A stretch of DNA of 64,000 bases from contig CALXME010000001.1 of the NCBI GenBank assembly GCA_944389395.1, positions 67,957 to 131,956 of the forward strand, in the 5' to 3' direction. A program made the position numbers and the translations under genes. Each line of letters starts with the position of its first letter. Position 1 is the stretch's first letter. The DNA comes from an uncultured Clostridia bacterium. Lineage in GTDB: Bacteria > Bacillota > Clostridia > TANB77 > CAG-508. Positions 12,851-23,535 of this stretch are shown piece by piece. The notes beneath the pieces are model-generated. The model had not been told where the DNA came from and searched no databases. It saw only the letters and a list, made by a program, of their open reading frames with translations.

Positions 12851-13915
12851 TTGAAAGTGAGGCAAGTAAAAAATATGTCAAATGAAATTAAGTTATTAGA
12901 TGATGATTTTATAAAAATTGTGAAAGCTATTGAACAAGATATATTAGAGACTAGATTTAACATCATAGCTAAAGCTAATAAAGAGGTCATAGATTTTTAT
13001 TTGAGATTGGGAAAAATTATTAGTGATAATGCTAAATATGGTAATAATTTTATAAACAAATTGTCAATAGCATTAAAATTAGATTTTCCTGGAGAAACAG
13101 GATTTTCTCCTCGTAATTTAGCAAGAATGAGAAAAGTTTATGAATCATATAAAGATTTAGATGAATTTCCAAAGGAATTAGAAATGATTTCGTGGTCTCA
13201 AAATTGTATATTAGTTGATAAAATTAAAGAGTTAGATAAAAGACTCTGGTATGCTAAACAAGTTTTAGAAAATGGCTGGTCTAAAACTGTGTTAAGTCAT
13301 CAAATTGATTTAGAATTATATGAAAGACAAGCTATTCCTGACAAGTTAACAAACTTTGATAATAAATTACCTATTGCACAAAGTGAATTTGCTAGAGATA
13401 TGATAAAAGACCCTTATATTTTTGAATTGGCTAATATAAGTAAAAAGGCAACAGAAAGAGACATTGAAAATGCAATGATAGAAAGAATAAAAAATGTATT
13501 ACTTGAATTAGGAAAAGGCTTTAGCTTTGTTGGAAATCAATATAAAGTTTCAACAAACAATAATGACTATTATATAGATTTATTATTTTATCATTTAGAT
13601 TTAAGATGCTTTATAGTTGTCGAATTGAAAAATACTGAATTTAAGCCAGAATTTATTGGACAACTAGGATTTTATGTAACAGCCGTTGACGAAACATTGA
13701 AGAAAGAAACTGATAATGACACAATAGGGTTATTGCTTTGTGAAGATAAAGACAAATTAACTGTAGAATGGTCATTAAAAAATGTCAATACTCCAATAGG
13801 AGTAGCTTCATATAAGGTAAAAAATGTTATTCCAAAAGAAATAATGGAAAAATTACCTACTGAAGAAGAATTGAATTTGTATATAAATAGGTTACCAAAT
13901 GAAGAAAATGAATAA
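12851..13915 (+). CDS. DUF1016/YhcG-family PDDEXK nuclease
   Basis: N-terminal YhcG-like helical domain, C-terminal GKGFSFVGNQYK..DLLFYH..VVELK PD-(D/E)xK-like core. Confidence 0.65.
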   Translation: MKVRQVKNMSNEIKLLDDDFIKIVKAIEQDILETRFNIIAKANKEVIDFYLRLGKIISDNAKYGNNFINKLSIALKLDFPGETGFSPRNLARMRKVYESYKDLDEFPKELEMISWSQNCILVDKIKELDKRLWYAKQVLENGWSKTVLSHQIDLELYERQAIPDKLTNFDNKLPIAQSEFARDMIKDPYIFELANISKKATERDIENAMIERIKNVLLELGKGFSFVGNQYKVSTNNNDYYIDLLFYHLDLRCFIVVELKNTEFKPEFIGQLGFYVTAVDETLKKETDNDTIGLLLCEDKDKLTVEWSLKNVNTPIGVASYKVKNVIPKEIMEKLPTEEELNLYINRLPNEENE

Positions 13916-13934
13916 TAAAATGATTGATATTTTT

Positions 13935-13958
13935 AAATTTGCCACTGGTGGCAAATTT
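13935..13958. repeat. Palindrome AAATTTGCCAC-TG-GTGGCAAATTT (copy 1)
   Basis: Near-perfect 24-bp palindrome seen in sequence. Second copy at 15117..15141. Confidence 0.7.
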
Positions 13959-14011
13959 CATTTACAGTAAAAAAAGAATTGAACAAATAAATAATCATAA
14001 TAGGAGTAAAA

Positions 14012-15109
14012 ATGCAGGAAATTACCAAAAATATTTTAAAAAAGTTAGCAACATTAAGAGATAAGATTAATGAAAATGTAGAATATATGATTTTAAAATA
14101 TGATTTATCTAATAATAAAAACCATTGGAATTGTATATGTTCTGCTATGGATTGGATAGATGTTGCTAAAGAAAATATAGATTCTGATTTACTAAGAAAA
14201 GAATTTAAATATATGTGGAAAGATGTATATAGTTATTTATCTGCTGTTGATATTATTGTTGATGGAATAATTCAAATTCATAGAGTAGTTTTTGAAACCA
14301 AAGATACTATTTTTAAAGATAACACTATATTTAAAAATAATTTAAATAAGAACGACTATGAATATTTTAAACATATCAGAGCTGTGTTTGGTGCTCATCC
14401 TGTAAATATAGATGAAAAGGGAAATAAAAAATATGCTAGTTGGATAACACAGGGAATATTTACTGATTATGATTTTGCAGTTTTAATATATGATTCTAAT
14501 AAAGATAATCAATCATCGAAACAATTCGGATTTAAAATAAATGAAATTAATCAGTTTTTATGGAAATATGTACAATATTTAGATGAAATTTATATACAGA
14601 TATCCAAAAAGCAAGAGGAATTTATAAAAGATAAAAAGGAAGTGGCTATAAAAAAATCAGATTCTGTATTAGAGCAAATAGATATTCTAATGCAAGAAAA
14701 TGAAAAAAGGTTAAATAGCGAATTTTATGAACAAATTTTAAAAGAATTAAAGATTATATTTACAACTGAAATAAAACAAAAGGAAAATCAAATGTATGTA
14801 TTAAAATATCGAGAAATATTAAAAAAAGGAATTGATGAAATATATTATTCATTACAAAATATGCAACATACTGATTTGAAAGTTTATGATGATTTAAATC
14901 CTAAATATAGCAATAAAGATGGATTTGGATATGCTTTTGGAAAATTAACTAGTATAGTACATACAAAAAATTATGAATATCCTTTTGAGATTATAAGAAA
15001 AGATTTAGAAAAAAATATATCAAATGATATGGTATGTAACTATGACACGTATGAAGAATTATATGTTATTCTATTAACTTCACTTTATATGGACAGTATT
15101 GCAAACTAA
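14012..15109 (+). CDS. Hypothetical protein (365 aa), flanked on both sides by the same palindrome
   Basis: Long ORF with an AGGAG RBS. No recognisable domain. Confidence 0.4.
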   Translation: MQEITKNILKKLATLRDKINENVEYMILKYDLSNNKNHWNCICSAMDWIDVAKENIDSDLLRKEFKYMWKDVYSYLSAVDIIVDGIIQIHRVVFETKDTIFKDNTIFKNNLNKNDYEYFKHIRAVFGAHPVNIDEKGNKKYASWITQGIFTDYDFAVLIYDSNKDNQSSKQFGFKINEINQFLWKYVQYLDEIYIQISKKQEEFIKDKKEVAIKKSDSVLEQIDILMQENEKRLNSEFYEQILKELKIIFTTEIKQKENQMYVLKYREILKKGIDEIYYSLQNMQHTDLKVYDDLNPKYSNKDGFGYAFGKLTSIVHTKNYEYPFEIIRKDLEKNISNDMVCNYDTYEELYVILLTSLYMDSIAN

Positions 15110-15116
15110 GTGATAG

Positions 15117-15141
15117 AAATTTGCCACCAGTGGCAAAATTT
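15117..15141. repeat. Palindrome AAATTTGCCAC-CA-GTGGCAAAATTT (copy 2)
   Basis: Same core as 13935..13958. Confidence 0.7.
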
Positions 15142-15418
15142 ATTTTCAAAAAGCTATTGTCAAACTTTAAAATTTATGTTAAATTAAAAATAACAGTTAC
15201 GGCGAAAAAATTCAAAAGTGGGAATACACTTCTTTGGAACTATTGCTATAACTGATTTTGAAACGGATAATAAGGTGCTTTTGTGCAAGAGATTTTTCGC
15301 ATACGTCCTTCGCTAAGGCACCAAAATATAAGGAAACTTGTATTTTATTTTCAAAAATATCATTCTAAAAAGGATGGTATTTTTTTTTATGAAATGCTAT
15401 AATAATCTTGGAATAAAC

Positions 15419-15873
15419 AAATAGTAATGAATATAAATGGAAAAATTACTAAAATAGGCAGTGAAAATTCAGAGTTTAGCGTTAACAGGTGGTTTGAGTG
15501 ATGTATTAGAAAATCTTAAATCAAGTACAACAAGTAAGCAATAGGCAAAAAATATGCACCACAGGCCATAAAAGATATAGCACATTTAATAATTATAAAA
15601 AATGAAAGTCATCGACCTATTGCTTTTATGGGAATTGAAGAAAATAAACTTGAAATGCTATTTATAAAAAATAGTGAAAGAGGAAAAGGATTAGGAAAAA
15701 AATTATTAAGTTATGGAATAGAAAAATATAATGTTAAAGAATTAGCAGTAAACGAACAAAACCCGATAGCTAGAGAGTTTTATGAGTATATGGGTTTTAA
15801 AGTATACCAAAGAAACGAATTAGATGACCAGGGAAATCCTTATCCTGTTTTATATATGAAATTAGAAAGATAA
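15419..15873 (+). pseudogene. GNAT family N-acetyltransferase remnant
   Basis: 15628..15873 encodes only the GNAT C-terminal half (motif A ..GKGLGKKLL..FYEYMGF). Upstream are out-of-frame N-terminal-like fragments (MNINGKITKIGSENSEF.., LALTGGLSDVLENL..) separated by stops. Confidence 0.5.
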
Positions 15874-15895
15874 GCTCAGGAGGAAACAGTTATAT

Positions 15896-16570
15896 ATGAA
15901 AAAATTATTAGCTATAATAGCTGTATTATTGGTAATTTTAATCGGGATGATAATTTATCGAAATAGTCAAAACCAGGTAAAAAATATTTCTGTAGAAGAA
16001 GTAAGTTCTATTGAACAATATCTTAAAAAAATTTATTTGTGGAAAGAGATAACAAATCAGGCAATACCTCTTTTCGAAACAATAGAAGAGGCTGATGAAA
16101 CATGGATATGGGAAGTAGTAAAAAAGAATTTAGAAGAATATGAGGTAGATAAAATACAATTAGAAGAAAAAGCAAAAGAATTATTTGGACAAGAATTTGC
16201 AAAAGAATATCCAGAAGAAGGAACGAAGTCTTTTGTTTATGATGAGGAAACACAAAAATATTATCCTACAGAAAGCCAATTAGATGAACAAGAAGATTTG
16301 TTTTTATTAGATACTATTCAAAGGACGGAAGAGGGATATGAAGTTGAAATAGTAGAATATTTAGAAGATTATACAAAAGCAGAAGAAGGACAAGTTGAAA
16401 TTAAAAATATAAATGAAGAGATAATCGCTAGTATAGATAGCGGACAAGTAGATGTAAATGGAATAGATTTAGTTAAGGAAAATAAAGACAGATTTACAAA
16501 AAAAAGAATTTTTTTAAAAGTAGATAGAAATCAAATATTTGTGATAAAAGTGGAAGAAGTGAAGGAATGA
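15896..16570 (+). CDS. Hypothetical membrane-anchored acidic protein
   Basis: N-terminal TM helix (LLAIIAVLLVILIGMII), Glu-rich extracytoplasmic part. Translationally coupled to the next gene. Confidence 0.4.
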   Translation: MKKLLAIIAVLLVILIGMIIYRNSQNQVKNISVEEVSSIEQYLKKIYLWKEITNQAIPLFETIEEADETWIWEVVKKNLEEYEVDKIQLEEKAKELFGQEFAKEYPEEGTKSFVYDEETQKYYPTESQLDEQEDLFLLDTIQRTEEGYEVEIVEYLEDYTKAEEGQVEIKNINEEIIASIDSGQVDVNGIDLVKENKDRFTKKRIFLKVDRNQIFVIKVEEVKE

Positions 16571-17463
16571 TTATGCTAAAAGAATTAGAAAATTGTACAA
16601 TATGTCCTCATCAATGTGGGGCTAATAGAAATAAAGGACAGCTAGGAAGGTGTAAAGCAAAAGATACGGTAAAAATTGCGTTATATTCTATACATTTTTT
16701 TGAAGAACCATGTATTAGTGGTGAAAAAGGTTCTGGTACTATATTTTTTTCTAATTGTAATTTAAATTGTATATATTGCCAAAATTATGAAATAAGTCAA
16801 TTAGGAAAAGGAAAAGAATATACCATAGAACAACTGGCTGATATAATGCTAAAACAACAAAATTTAGGTGTTGCTAATATTGAACTTGTAACACCAACTA
16901 GTTATGTGCCACAAATTATAGAGGCAATTAAAATTGCAAAGAAAAATGGTTTAAATATTCCAATTGTATATAATACAAATAGTTATGAAAAAATTGAAAC
17001 ATTAAAAATGTTAGATGGATATATTGATATTTATTTACCAGATTTAAAATATGCAGATGATAAACTGGGGAAAAAATATTCTAATATAAATCAGTATTTC
17101 GAAATTGCAACAAAAGCAATTCAAGAAATGAGGAGGCAAGTAGGAACTGCTATTTTTGATAGTAATGGGATGATGAAAAAAGGAGTTATTATTAGACATT
17201 TAGTGTTACCTAATTATATAGAAAATAGCAAGAAAGTGTTAAAATGGCTAAAGGAAAATATTCATCCAGAAGATTATATTAGTATAATGGCACAATATTT
17301 TCCTACTTATTTGGCAAAACAAGATAAATTTATAAATCGAAAATTGACAACTAAAGAATGGGAAGAAATCGAAAATTATATAGATAAATTGGATTTTAAG
17401 AATGGATTTATACAAGAATTAGGAGAACACGAAGAAGAATATGTTCCTAAGTGGGATTTCTAA
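16567..17463 (+). CDS. Radical SAM protein, PflX-like
   Basis: N-terminal CxxC..C cluster (CTICPHQCG..GRC) and radical SAM CNLNCIYCQN. Confidence 0.7.
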   Translation: MIMLKELENCTICPHQCGANRNKGQLGRCKAKDTVKIALYSIHFFEEPCISGEKGSGTIFFSNCNLNCIYCQNYEISQLGKGKEYTIEQLADIMLKQQNLGVANIELVTPTSYVPQIIEAIKIAKKNGLNIPIVYNTNSYEKIETLKMLDGYIDIYLPDLKYADDKLGKKYSNINQYFEIATKAIQEMRRQVGTAIFDSNGMMKKGVIIRHLVLPNYIENSKKVLKWLKENIHPEDYISIMAQYFPTYLAKQDKFINRKLTTKEWEEIENYIDKLDFKNGFIQELGEHEEEYVPKWDF

Positions 17464-17611
17464 ACTTATGAAGAAATACTAAAAACAAAATTAGATTATC
17501 TTTATAAACTAAGATAATAAAGTATTAATACAAGCAAAAAATAGTTTAGTTACTTGTATTTTATATTAAAATATTATATATTATAAAAAAATAGATAGGA
17601 GATATTTAAAT

Positions 17612-18469
17612 ATGACAGAAGCAGATAAGAATTTTATTGAAACTTGTAAAGAAATCATTGAAAAAGGATATTCTTCAGAAGGAACAGGAGTTAGGACAAG
17701 ATGGGAAGATGGAGCAGAGGCAAATTATATTTCAATAGTTGGTGTTACCAATAAATATGATGTAGGAAAAGAATTTCCAATGATAACATTAAGAAATAAT
17801 ACAAATACAGTTAAAAAGGCAATTGATGAGATATTGTGGATATGGCAAAAAAAATCTAACAAAATAGATGATTTGAATTCACATATATGGGATCAATGGG
17901 CAGGTGAAGATGGAACGATTGGAAAAGCATATGGATACCAAATGGCTAAAAAGTATAAATTTAAAACAAAAGAGGGAATAAAAGAGATGGATCAAGTAGA
18001 TTTTGTTTTATATTTATTAAACAATGACTCTGCAAGTAGAAGAATACTAACTAATATATTTGTACATGAAGATTTAAAAGATATGAATTTGGAACCATGT
18101 GCATATTCGACACAGTGGTTAGTAAAAGAAGGAAAATTACACTTAATCTTAAATCAACGTTCACAAGATATGTTAGCTGCTAATGGATGGAATACAATGC
18201 AATATGCAGCATTATTATGTATGTTTGCACAAGTAACTGGTTTGAAAGTGGGAACTTTAACACATAATATAGGGGATTGCCATATTTATGATAGGCATAT
18301 ACCATTAGTAAAAAAATTGATAAATGGACAAGCGATGGATGTACATCCTAAATTAGTAATACATAATCCAACAAAGAATTTTTATGATTTTAAAGTAGAA
18401 GATTTTGAAATTCAAGGATATGATTATAATAAAGAAATGAATTTAGGAAAAATACCAGTAGCGGAATAG
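17612..18469 (+). CDS. thyA: Thymidylate synthase (ThyA, B. subtilis ThyA1/phage type)
   Basis: High similarity to B. subtilis ThyA: LEPCAYSTQWLVKEGKLHL, NQRSQDMLAANGWN, GDCHIYDRHI. Confidence 0.9.
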   Translation: MTEADKNFIETCKEIIEKGYSSEGTGVRTRWEDGAEANYISIVGVTNKYDVGKEFPMITLRNNTNTVKKAIDEILWIWQKKSNKIDDLNSHIWDQWAGEDGTIGKAYGYQMAKKYKFKTKEGIKEMDQVDFVLYLLNNDSASRRILTNIFVHEDLKDMNLEPCAYSTQWLVKEGKLHLILNQRSQDMLAANGWNTMQYAALLCMFAQVTGLKVGTLTHNIGDCHIYDRHIPLVKKLINGQAMDVHPKLVIHNPTKNFYDFKVEDFEIQGYDYNKEMNLGKIPVAE

Positions 18470-18479
18470 GAGTAGAAAA

Positions 18480-18974
18480 ATGTTAAGTATTATAGTAGCA
18501 AAAGCAAAAAATAATATCATAGGAAAAGATAATAAATTATTATGGCATTTGCCAGATGATTTAAAAAGATTTAAAGAATTAACAATAGGTCATAATATAA
18601 TAATGGGGAGAAAAACATTTGAATCTTTAGGAAAGATATTACCTAATAGAAAGCATATAGTATTCACTCAAAATCCAAATTTTAATATAGATAATGAAAA
18701 TGTGCAAATAGTACATTCTATGTTAGAAATACAAGAATATATCGAAAATAGCGAAGAAAATTTTGTAATTGGTGGAGCAATGATTTATAATTTATTAATG
18801 CCTTATGTGACTAAAATGTATATAACAGAAATCGAAAAAGATTTTCAAGGGGATGCATTTTTCCCAAGAATAGATACACAAATTTGGAAAGAAGTTAGCA
18901 GAGAAAAAGGCATAAAAGATGAGAATAACGATTTTGATTATGATTATGTTGTTTATGAAAGAATAAAAAAATAG
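18480..18974 (+). CDS. folA: Dihydrofolate reductase
   Basis: MLSIIVAKAKNNIIGKDNKLLWHLPDDLKRFKELTIGHNIIMGRKTFESLG, canonical DHFR N-terminus. Operon with thyA. Confidence 0.85.
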   Translation: MLSIIVAKAKNNIIGKDNKLLWHLPDDLKRFKELTIGHNIIMGRKTFESLGKILPNRKHIVFTQNPNFNIDNENVQIVHSMLEIQEYIENSEENFVIGGAMIYNLLMPYVTKMYITEIEKDFQGDAFFPRIDTQIWKEVSREKGIKDENNDFDYDYVVYERIKK

Positions 18975-19023
18975 AATAATAAAATAATGGCTTTTGGTTA
19001 AACTAAGAAAAAGGAGTTCGAAA

Positions 19024-20022
19024 ATGTTTAAACCAAAAGCTATTTATTTTGAAAAAGAAATTGAAAACTATCCATTAGGAAAAGAATTAATAGATAAATA
19101 TAAAGATATACCTAAAATAGAAATTGAAAACCATAATGCGATAGAAGAAATGAGAAAAAAAGAGAATAAAGAATTTGGAAATATGAAAAGGAATCTTATT
19201 ATAGGAGTAAGGAAAACACATAAATTTGTAGAAAATCATAAAATATCAGATTATTTAGTTCCTTATACTTCTTCTGGTTGTACAGCATCTTGTTTATATT
19301 GTTATTTAGTTTGTAATTATAACAAGTGTGCTTATTTAAGATTGTTTGTAAATAGGGAACAAATGTTAGAAAAAATAGTAAAAACATCACTAAAATCAGA
19401 TAAAGAATTAACATTTGAGATAGGAAGTAATAGTGATTTGATTTTAGAAAATACAATTACAAATAATTTGATATGGACAATCGAAAATTTTAAAAATACA
19501 GAAAAAGGAAAGCTAACATTTCCTACTAAATTTGATATGGTAGAACCAATTTTGCCATTGGAACATAAAGGAAAAATAATTGTAAGGATGAGTGTAAATC
19601 CAGAGGAAATTATTAATAGAGTTGAATTTGGTACTTCTCGCCTACAAGGTAGAATAGAAGCTATTAATAAATTGAAAGAAGCGGGTTATCAAATTGGAAT
19701 TTTAATCGCACCAGTCATTTTTGTTGAAAATTGGAAGGAATTATATTTGCAATTAATTCAGAGATTAGAAAGTGAATTATCTCCTAAAGTAAAAAAAACT
19801 CTTTTTTTTGAAATTATTTTTATGACTTATAGTTATGTGCATATAAAAATAAATCAGGAAGCTTTCCCAAATGCTATTGATTTATATGATAAAGACAAAA
19901 TGACAGGAAGAGGTAAAGGAAAGTATTGGTATAAAAATGAAATAAGACAAGAGGGAGAAAGATTTTTTAGAGAGAAAATGAAACAATACTTTCCTAATAA
20001 TGAAATTATCTATATTGTATAA
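19024..20022 (+). CDS. splB: Spore photoproduct lyase (radical SAM)
   Basis: AAGGAG RBS, then ATG at 19024. SSGCTASCLYCYL CxxxCxxC. Length and context typical of SplB. Confidence 0.8.
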   Translation: MFKPKAIYFEKEIENYPLGKELIDKYKDIPKIEIENHNAIEEMRKKENKEFGNMKRNLIIGVRKTHKFVENHKISDYLVPYTSSGCTASCLYCYLVCNYNKCAYLRLFVNREQMLEKIVKTSLKSDKELTFEIGSNSDLILENTITNNLIWTIENFKNTEKGKLTFPTKFDMVEPILPLEHKGKIIVRMSVNPEEIINRVEFGTSRLQGRIEAINKLKEAGYQIGILIAPVIFVENWKELYLQLIQRLESELSPKVKKTLFFEIIFMTYSYVHIKINQEAFPNAIDLYDKDKMTGRGKGKYWYKNEIRQEGERFFREKMKQYFPNNEIIYIV

Positions 20023-20707
20023 AATGAGCTTTTACGAAATGGATAAAGTTCTAAAGTTTTATTATATGAATATATATGACAATGTAGGGGAAAGGTTGAA
20101 AAATAATTATAATTTTTTTCAACCAGATTTGTGCCTTAAGAAAGGAATGAGATTAAAAATGAAAGAAGATTTAGAAGAGAAAAAAATTTTTAATATTCAG
20201 ATAGGTGTCGCGATAGGAGGGATTATATTAGGAACTTTATTACATTTTTTATATCATTGGACAGGAGAAAATGGATTTATTGCAGCTTTTAGTGCTACTA
20301 ATGAAAGTGTATGGGAACATTTAAAATTAGTATTTTTTCCAATGCTTGTGCTAGGAATTATAGAATATTTTTTTGTGAAAGATAAGGTCAATAATTATAT
20401 AGAGGCTAAAGTAATTGGAATTTTTGTGGCTATTAGTTTTGTTGTAGTTGTCTTCTATACTTATACAGGGATGTTAGGAACAAACTTTTTTCTATTTGAT
20501 ATTTTAATTTTTATATCTAGTATTTTACTAGGTGAATGGGTTACTTATCAGTTTTTTTGGAGAGCAGAAGAAACAACTACTTTATCTAAAGTATTGTCTT
20601 TTGTGATTTTAGGATTTTTATTGTTTAGTTTTGTTTTTGCTACATATTTTCCACCACAAGTTAACTTTTTTAAAGATTCTACTACTGGTGAATATGGAAG
20701 GCAGTAG
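20000..20707 (+). CDS. Hypothetical polytopic membrane protein (true start probably internal, about 20158)
   Basis: Several hydrophobic helices. No motif. Confidence 0.4.
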   Translation: MKLSILYKMSFYEMDKVLKFYYMNIYDNVGERLKNNYNFFQPDLCLKKGMRLKMKEDLEEKKIFNIQIGVAIGGIILGTLLHFLYHWTGENGFIAAFSATNESVWEHLKLVFFPMLVLGIIEYFFVKDKVNNYIEAKVIGIFVAISFVVVVFYTYTGMLGTNFFLFDILIFISSILLGEWVTYQFFWRAEETTTLSKVLSFVILGFLLFSFVFATYFPPQVNFFKDSTTGEYGRQ

Positions 20708-21110
20708 AAGTATAAAAGGAAAAAATTGTTGTATTAATTATTGATACAACAATTTTTTTCTTTCTGAAGAAATTTTTGTAAAAATATGTAAAAAACTATT
20801 GACATAATATGGAAATGATGTTATCATGTAATAAATTAATTCAAAGATATTTTAGTTCAAGTCAAAAAATTTTGTTTTAAAGTCAAAATTAAATTCCAAG
20901 AAAAGTAAAAAAAATACTACCATTAGAATATGGGAGGTCATTATGATATTCTTTCATTTATAGTACCCCAGTACCCCCAAAAAAATCCTTTTTATAAGTT
21001 AATATCCTCACTTAACATTTAATCGATTGTAATCTATAGCAAATAAGTTTTTTATTTTATGAATATGATAATGACTTCCCATATTTTAATGGTAGTAAAG
21101 AAAGGAAAAT

Positions 21111-22661
21111 ATGTTAGCAATTACAAAAAGTGTAGCTTTACAAGGTTTAGATGGATATATTGTATCTATTCAAGTAGATATTTCATCTGGTATACCACAA
21201 TTTGAGATAGTGGGATTACCAGATGCCAGTGTAAAAGAATCAAAAGAAAGAGTAAAAACAGCTATTAGAAATTGCCAATGGGAATTTTTAAGTAGGAAAA
21301 TTGTTGTTAATTTAGCTCCGGCAGATATTAGAAAAGAGGGCTCAGGATTTGATTTACCAATTGCTATAGGGATTTTAGTTGCTTCTCAAGGTGAGAAAAA
21401 TGATGTGGTTCAAAACTTTTTAGAAAATACTATTATTGTAGGAGAATTATCTTTAAATGGTAAGGTAGAGAAAGTAAAAGGTATTTTGCCAATTTGTGTA
21501 GAAGCACAGAAATTAGGTTATCACAAGATTATATTACCTAAAGAAAATGCTAATGAAGTTTCTATGATAAGCGGAATTGATATTTTTCCAGTTTCTCATT
21601 TAGAGGAAGTAATGGAACACTTAAATGGCGAGGGAATTTTGAAAAAATTACAAGCAAGAGAAGTAGATACTAAAAATACAGGAGTATATCCTTTTGATTT
21701 TTCCGAAGTTAAGGGACAAGAAAATGCAAAAAGAGCATTGGAGATTGCTGCTGCTGGAGGACATAATTGTTTATTAATTGGGAGTCCAGGTTCGGGAAAA
21801 ACAATGCTTGCAAAAAGATTACCATCTATTTTACCAGATATGAGTTGGGATGAAATGATGGAAGTGACTAAGATTTATAGTATAGAAGGTTATACTTCTG
21901 AAAATAAGCCAATTATTAAGATAAGACCTTTTAGAAGTCCACATCATACAATTACGGCAACATCTTTAATTGGTGGTGGTAGGATTCCCAGACCTGGAGA
22001 GATTAGCTTAGCACATTATGGGGTTTTGTTTTTAGATGAATTACCAGAATTTCCACAAAATGTTTTAGAAATGTTAAGAGAACCATTAGAAGATAAAGTT
22101 GTTACAATTAGTAGATTAAATGCTTCTACAAACTATCCTTGTAATTTTATTCTTATAGCAAGTATGAATCCATGTCCATGTGGCTATTATGCTTCTAAAT
22201 ATAGACAATGTAATTGTAGACCAGAACAGATAAGAAAATATTTAAATAGAATAAGTGGTCCTTTATTAGATAGAATAGATTTATATGTAGAGGTAGCTCA
22301 TGTAGAATATAATAAATTAGATAGTAAAGAAGTCTTGGAAACTTCTGCTAAAATTAAAAAAAGAGTAAATAAAGCAAGAATACTTCAAAGAGAACGATAT
22401 CAAAGTGATAATATATATACAAATGCGGAATTAACTCCAAAATTATTAAAAAAATTTTGCCAGTTAGATTGGAAAAGTAAAAAAATACTAGAAACTGCTT
22501 TTCAAAAACTAGGTTTAAGTGCAAGAGCTTATGAAAGAATTTTAAAAGTCGCAAGAACTATTGCAGATTTAGATGGAAAGGAAAGTATTCAGGAAATGCA
22601 TATCGCTGAAGCGATACAATATAGAAGTTTAGATAGAAAATATTGGAGGGAGGAGAGCTAA
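21111..22661 (+). CDS. comM: YifB/ComM Mg-chelatase-like AAA+ ATPase
   Basis: Lon-like N-domain, Walker A GSPGSGKTMLAKR, C-terminal ChlI-like domain. Confidence 0.85.
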   Translation: MLAITKSVALQGLDGYIVSIQVDISSGIPQFEIVGLPDASVKESKERVKTAIRNCQWEFLSRKIVVNLAPADIRKEGSGFDLPIAIGILVASQGEKNDVVQNFLENTIIVGELSLNGKVEKVKGILPICVEAQKLGYHKIILPKENANEVSMISGIDIFPVSHLEEVMEHLNGEGILKKLQAREVDTKNTGVYPFDFSEVKGQENAKRALEIAAAGGHNCLLIGSPGSGKTMLAKRLPSILPDMSWDEMMEVTKIYSIEGYTSENKPIIKIRPFRSPHHTITATSLIGGGRIPRPGEISLAHYGVLFLDELPEFPQNVLEMLREPLEDKVVTISRLNASTNYPCNFILIASMNPCPCGYYASKYRQCNCRPEQIRKYLNRISGPLLDRIDLYVEVAHVEYNKLDSKEVLETSAKIKKRVNKARILQRERYQSDNIYTNAELTPKLLKKFCQLDWKSKKILETAFQKLGLSARAYERILKVARTIADLDGKESIQEMHIAEAIQYRSLDRKYWREES

Positions 22662-22688
22662 ATTCAAATCATTTATAAAAGAAATAAT

Positions 22689-23535
22689 TTGTATCCTAAA
22701 AATTTAGAACAGATTTCTGGTGCTCCTAAACAGTTATATATGATGGGAAACACGACATGTTTGGAACAGCCAATAGTAGCCATCATCGGGGCTAGAAATT
22801 GTTCTGAAAAAGGTAAAAAATTAGGCTTCCAGTTTGCCATGCAATTGGCAGTACAAGGAATTACTATTGCTAGTGGTATGGCTCTACGGAATTGATACTA
22901 GTGCTCACCAAGGGGCTATAGAGGTAGGTGGTAAAACAATAGCAGTATTAGGGAGTGGTTTTGATTATATTTTTCCAGAAGAAAATAAATCATTATATAA
23001 AAAAATATTACAGCATGATGGGCTTGTTATGACAGAATATAGCCCAGATACAAAACCTAAATCTACTAATTTTTTGGAAAGAAATCGAATTATTAGTGGT
23101 ATTTCAATTGGTGTTCTAGTAATAGAGTCTGCTTATCGAAGTGGTACAAGTGTTACTGCTAGAATTGCTAAGAAACAAGGAAAATTAGTATTTGCTTTAC
23201 CACATGAAATTGATAATAAGTTAGGTATAGGAACAAATCGTTTGATTCAGAATGGAGCGATTTTAGTAACAAAAGTGGAAGATATTATACAACAATATCC
23301 TTTTTTGAAATATGATAAAAACAAAGAAGTTGACATCTTACAAATAGAAAAAGAGAAAAAACAACCAGATAAAAGATATTGTGAAATATTTAATCTTATT
23401 TTGGAAAAGCCTTTATCTTTAGATGAAATTTATAAAAAATCTTCTAAAAGTGTAGGAGAAATTAATCATATTTTATTAATGCTGGAATTAGATGGTTATA
23501 TTCGAAAAACTTCAGAGGGTTATGTATGCATATAA
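22689..23535 (+). CDS. dprA: DNA processing protein DprA/Smf with a +1 frame change at 22887-22890 (CGG AAT T)
   Basis: Frame 0 ends ..IASGMALRN*. The +1 frame continues GIDTSAHQGAI.., which restores the conserved DprA SGxAxGID..AH motif. Rossmann-fold DprA core downstream. Confidence 0.75.
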
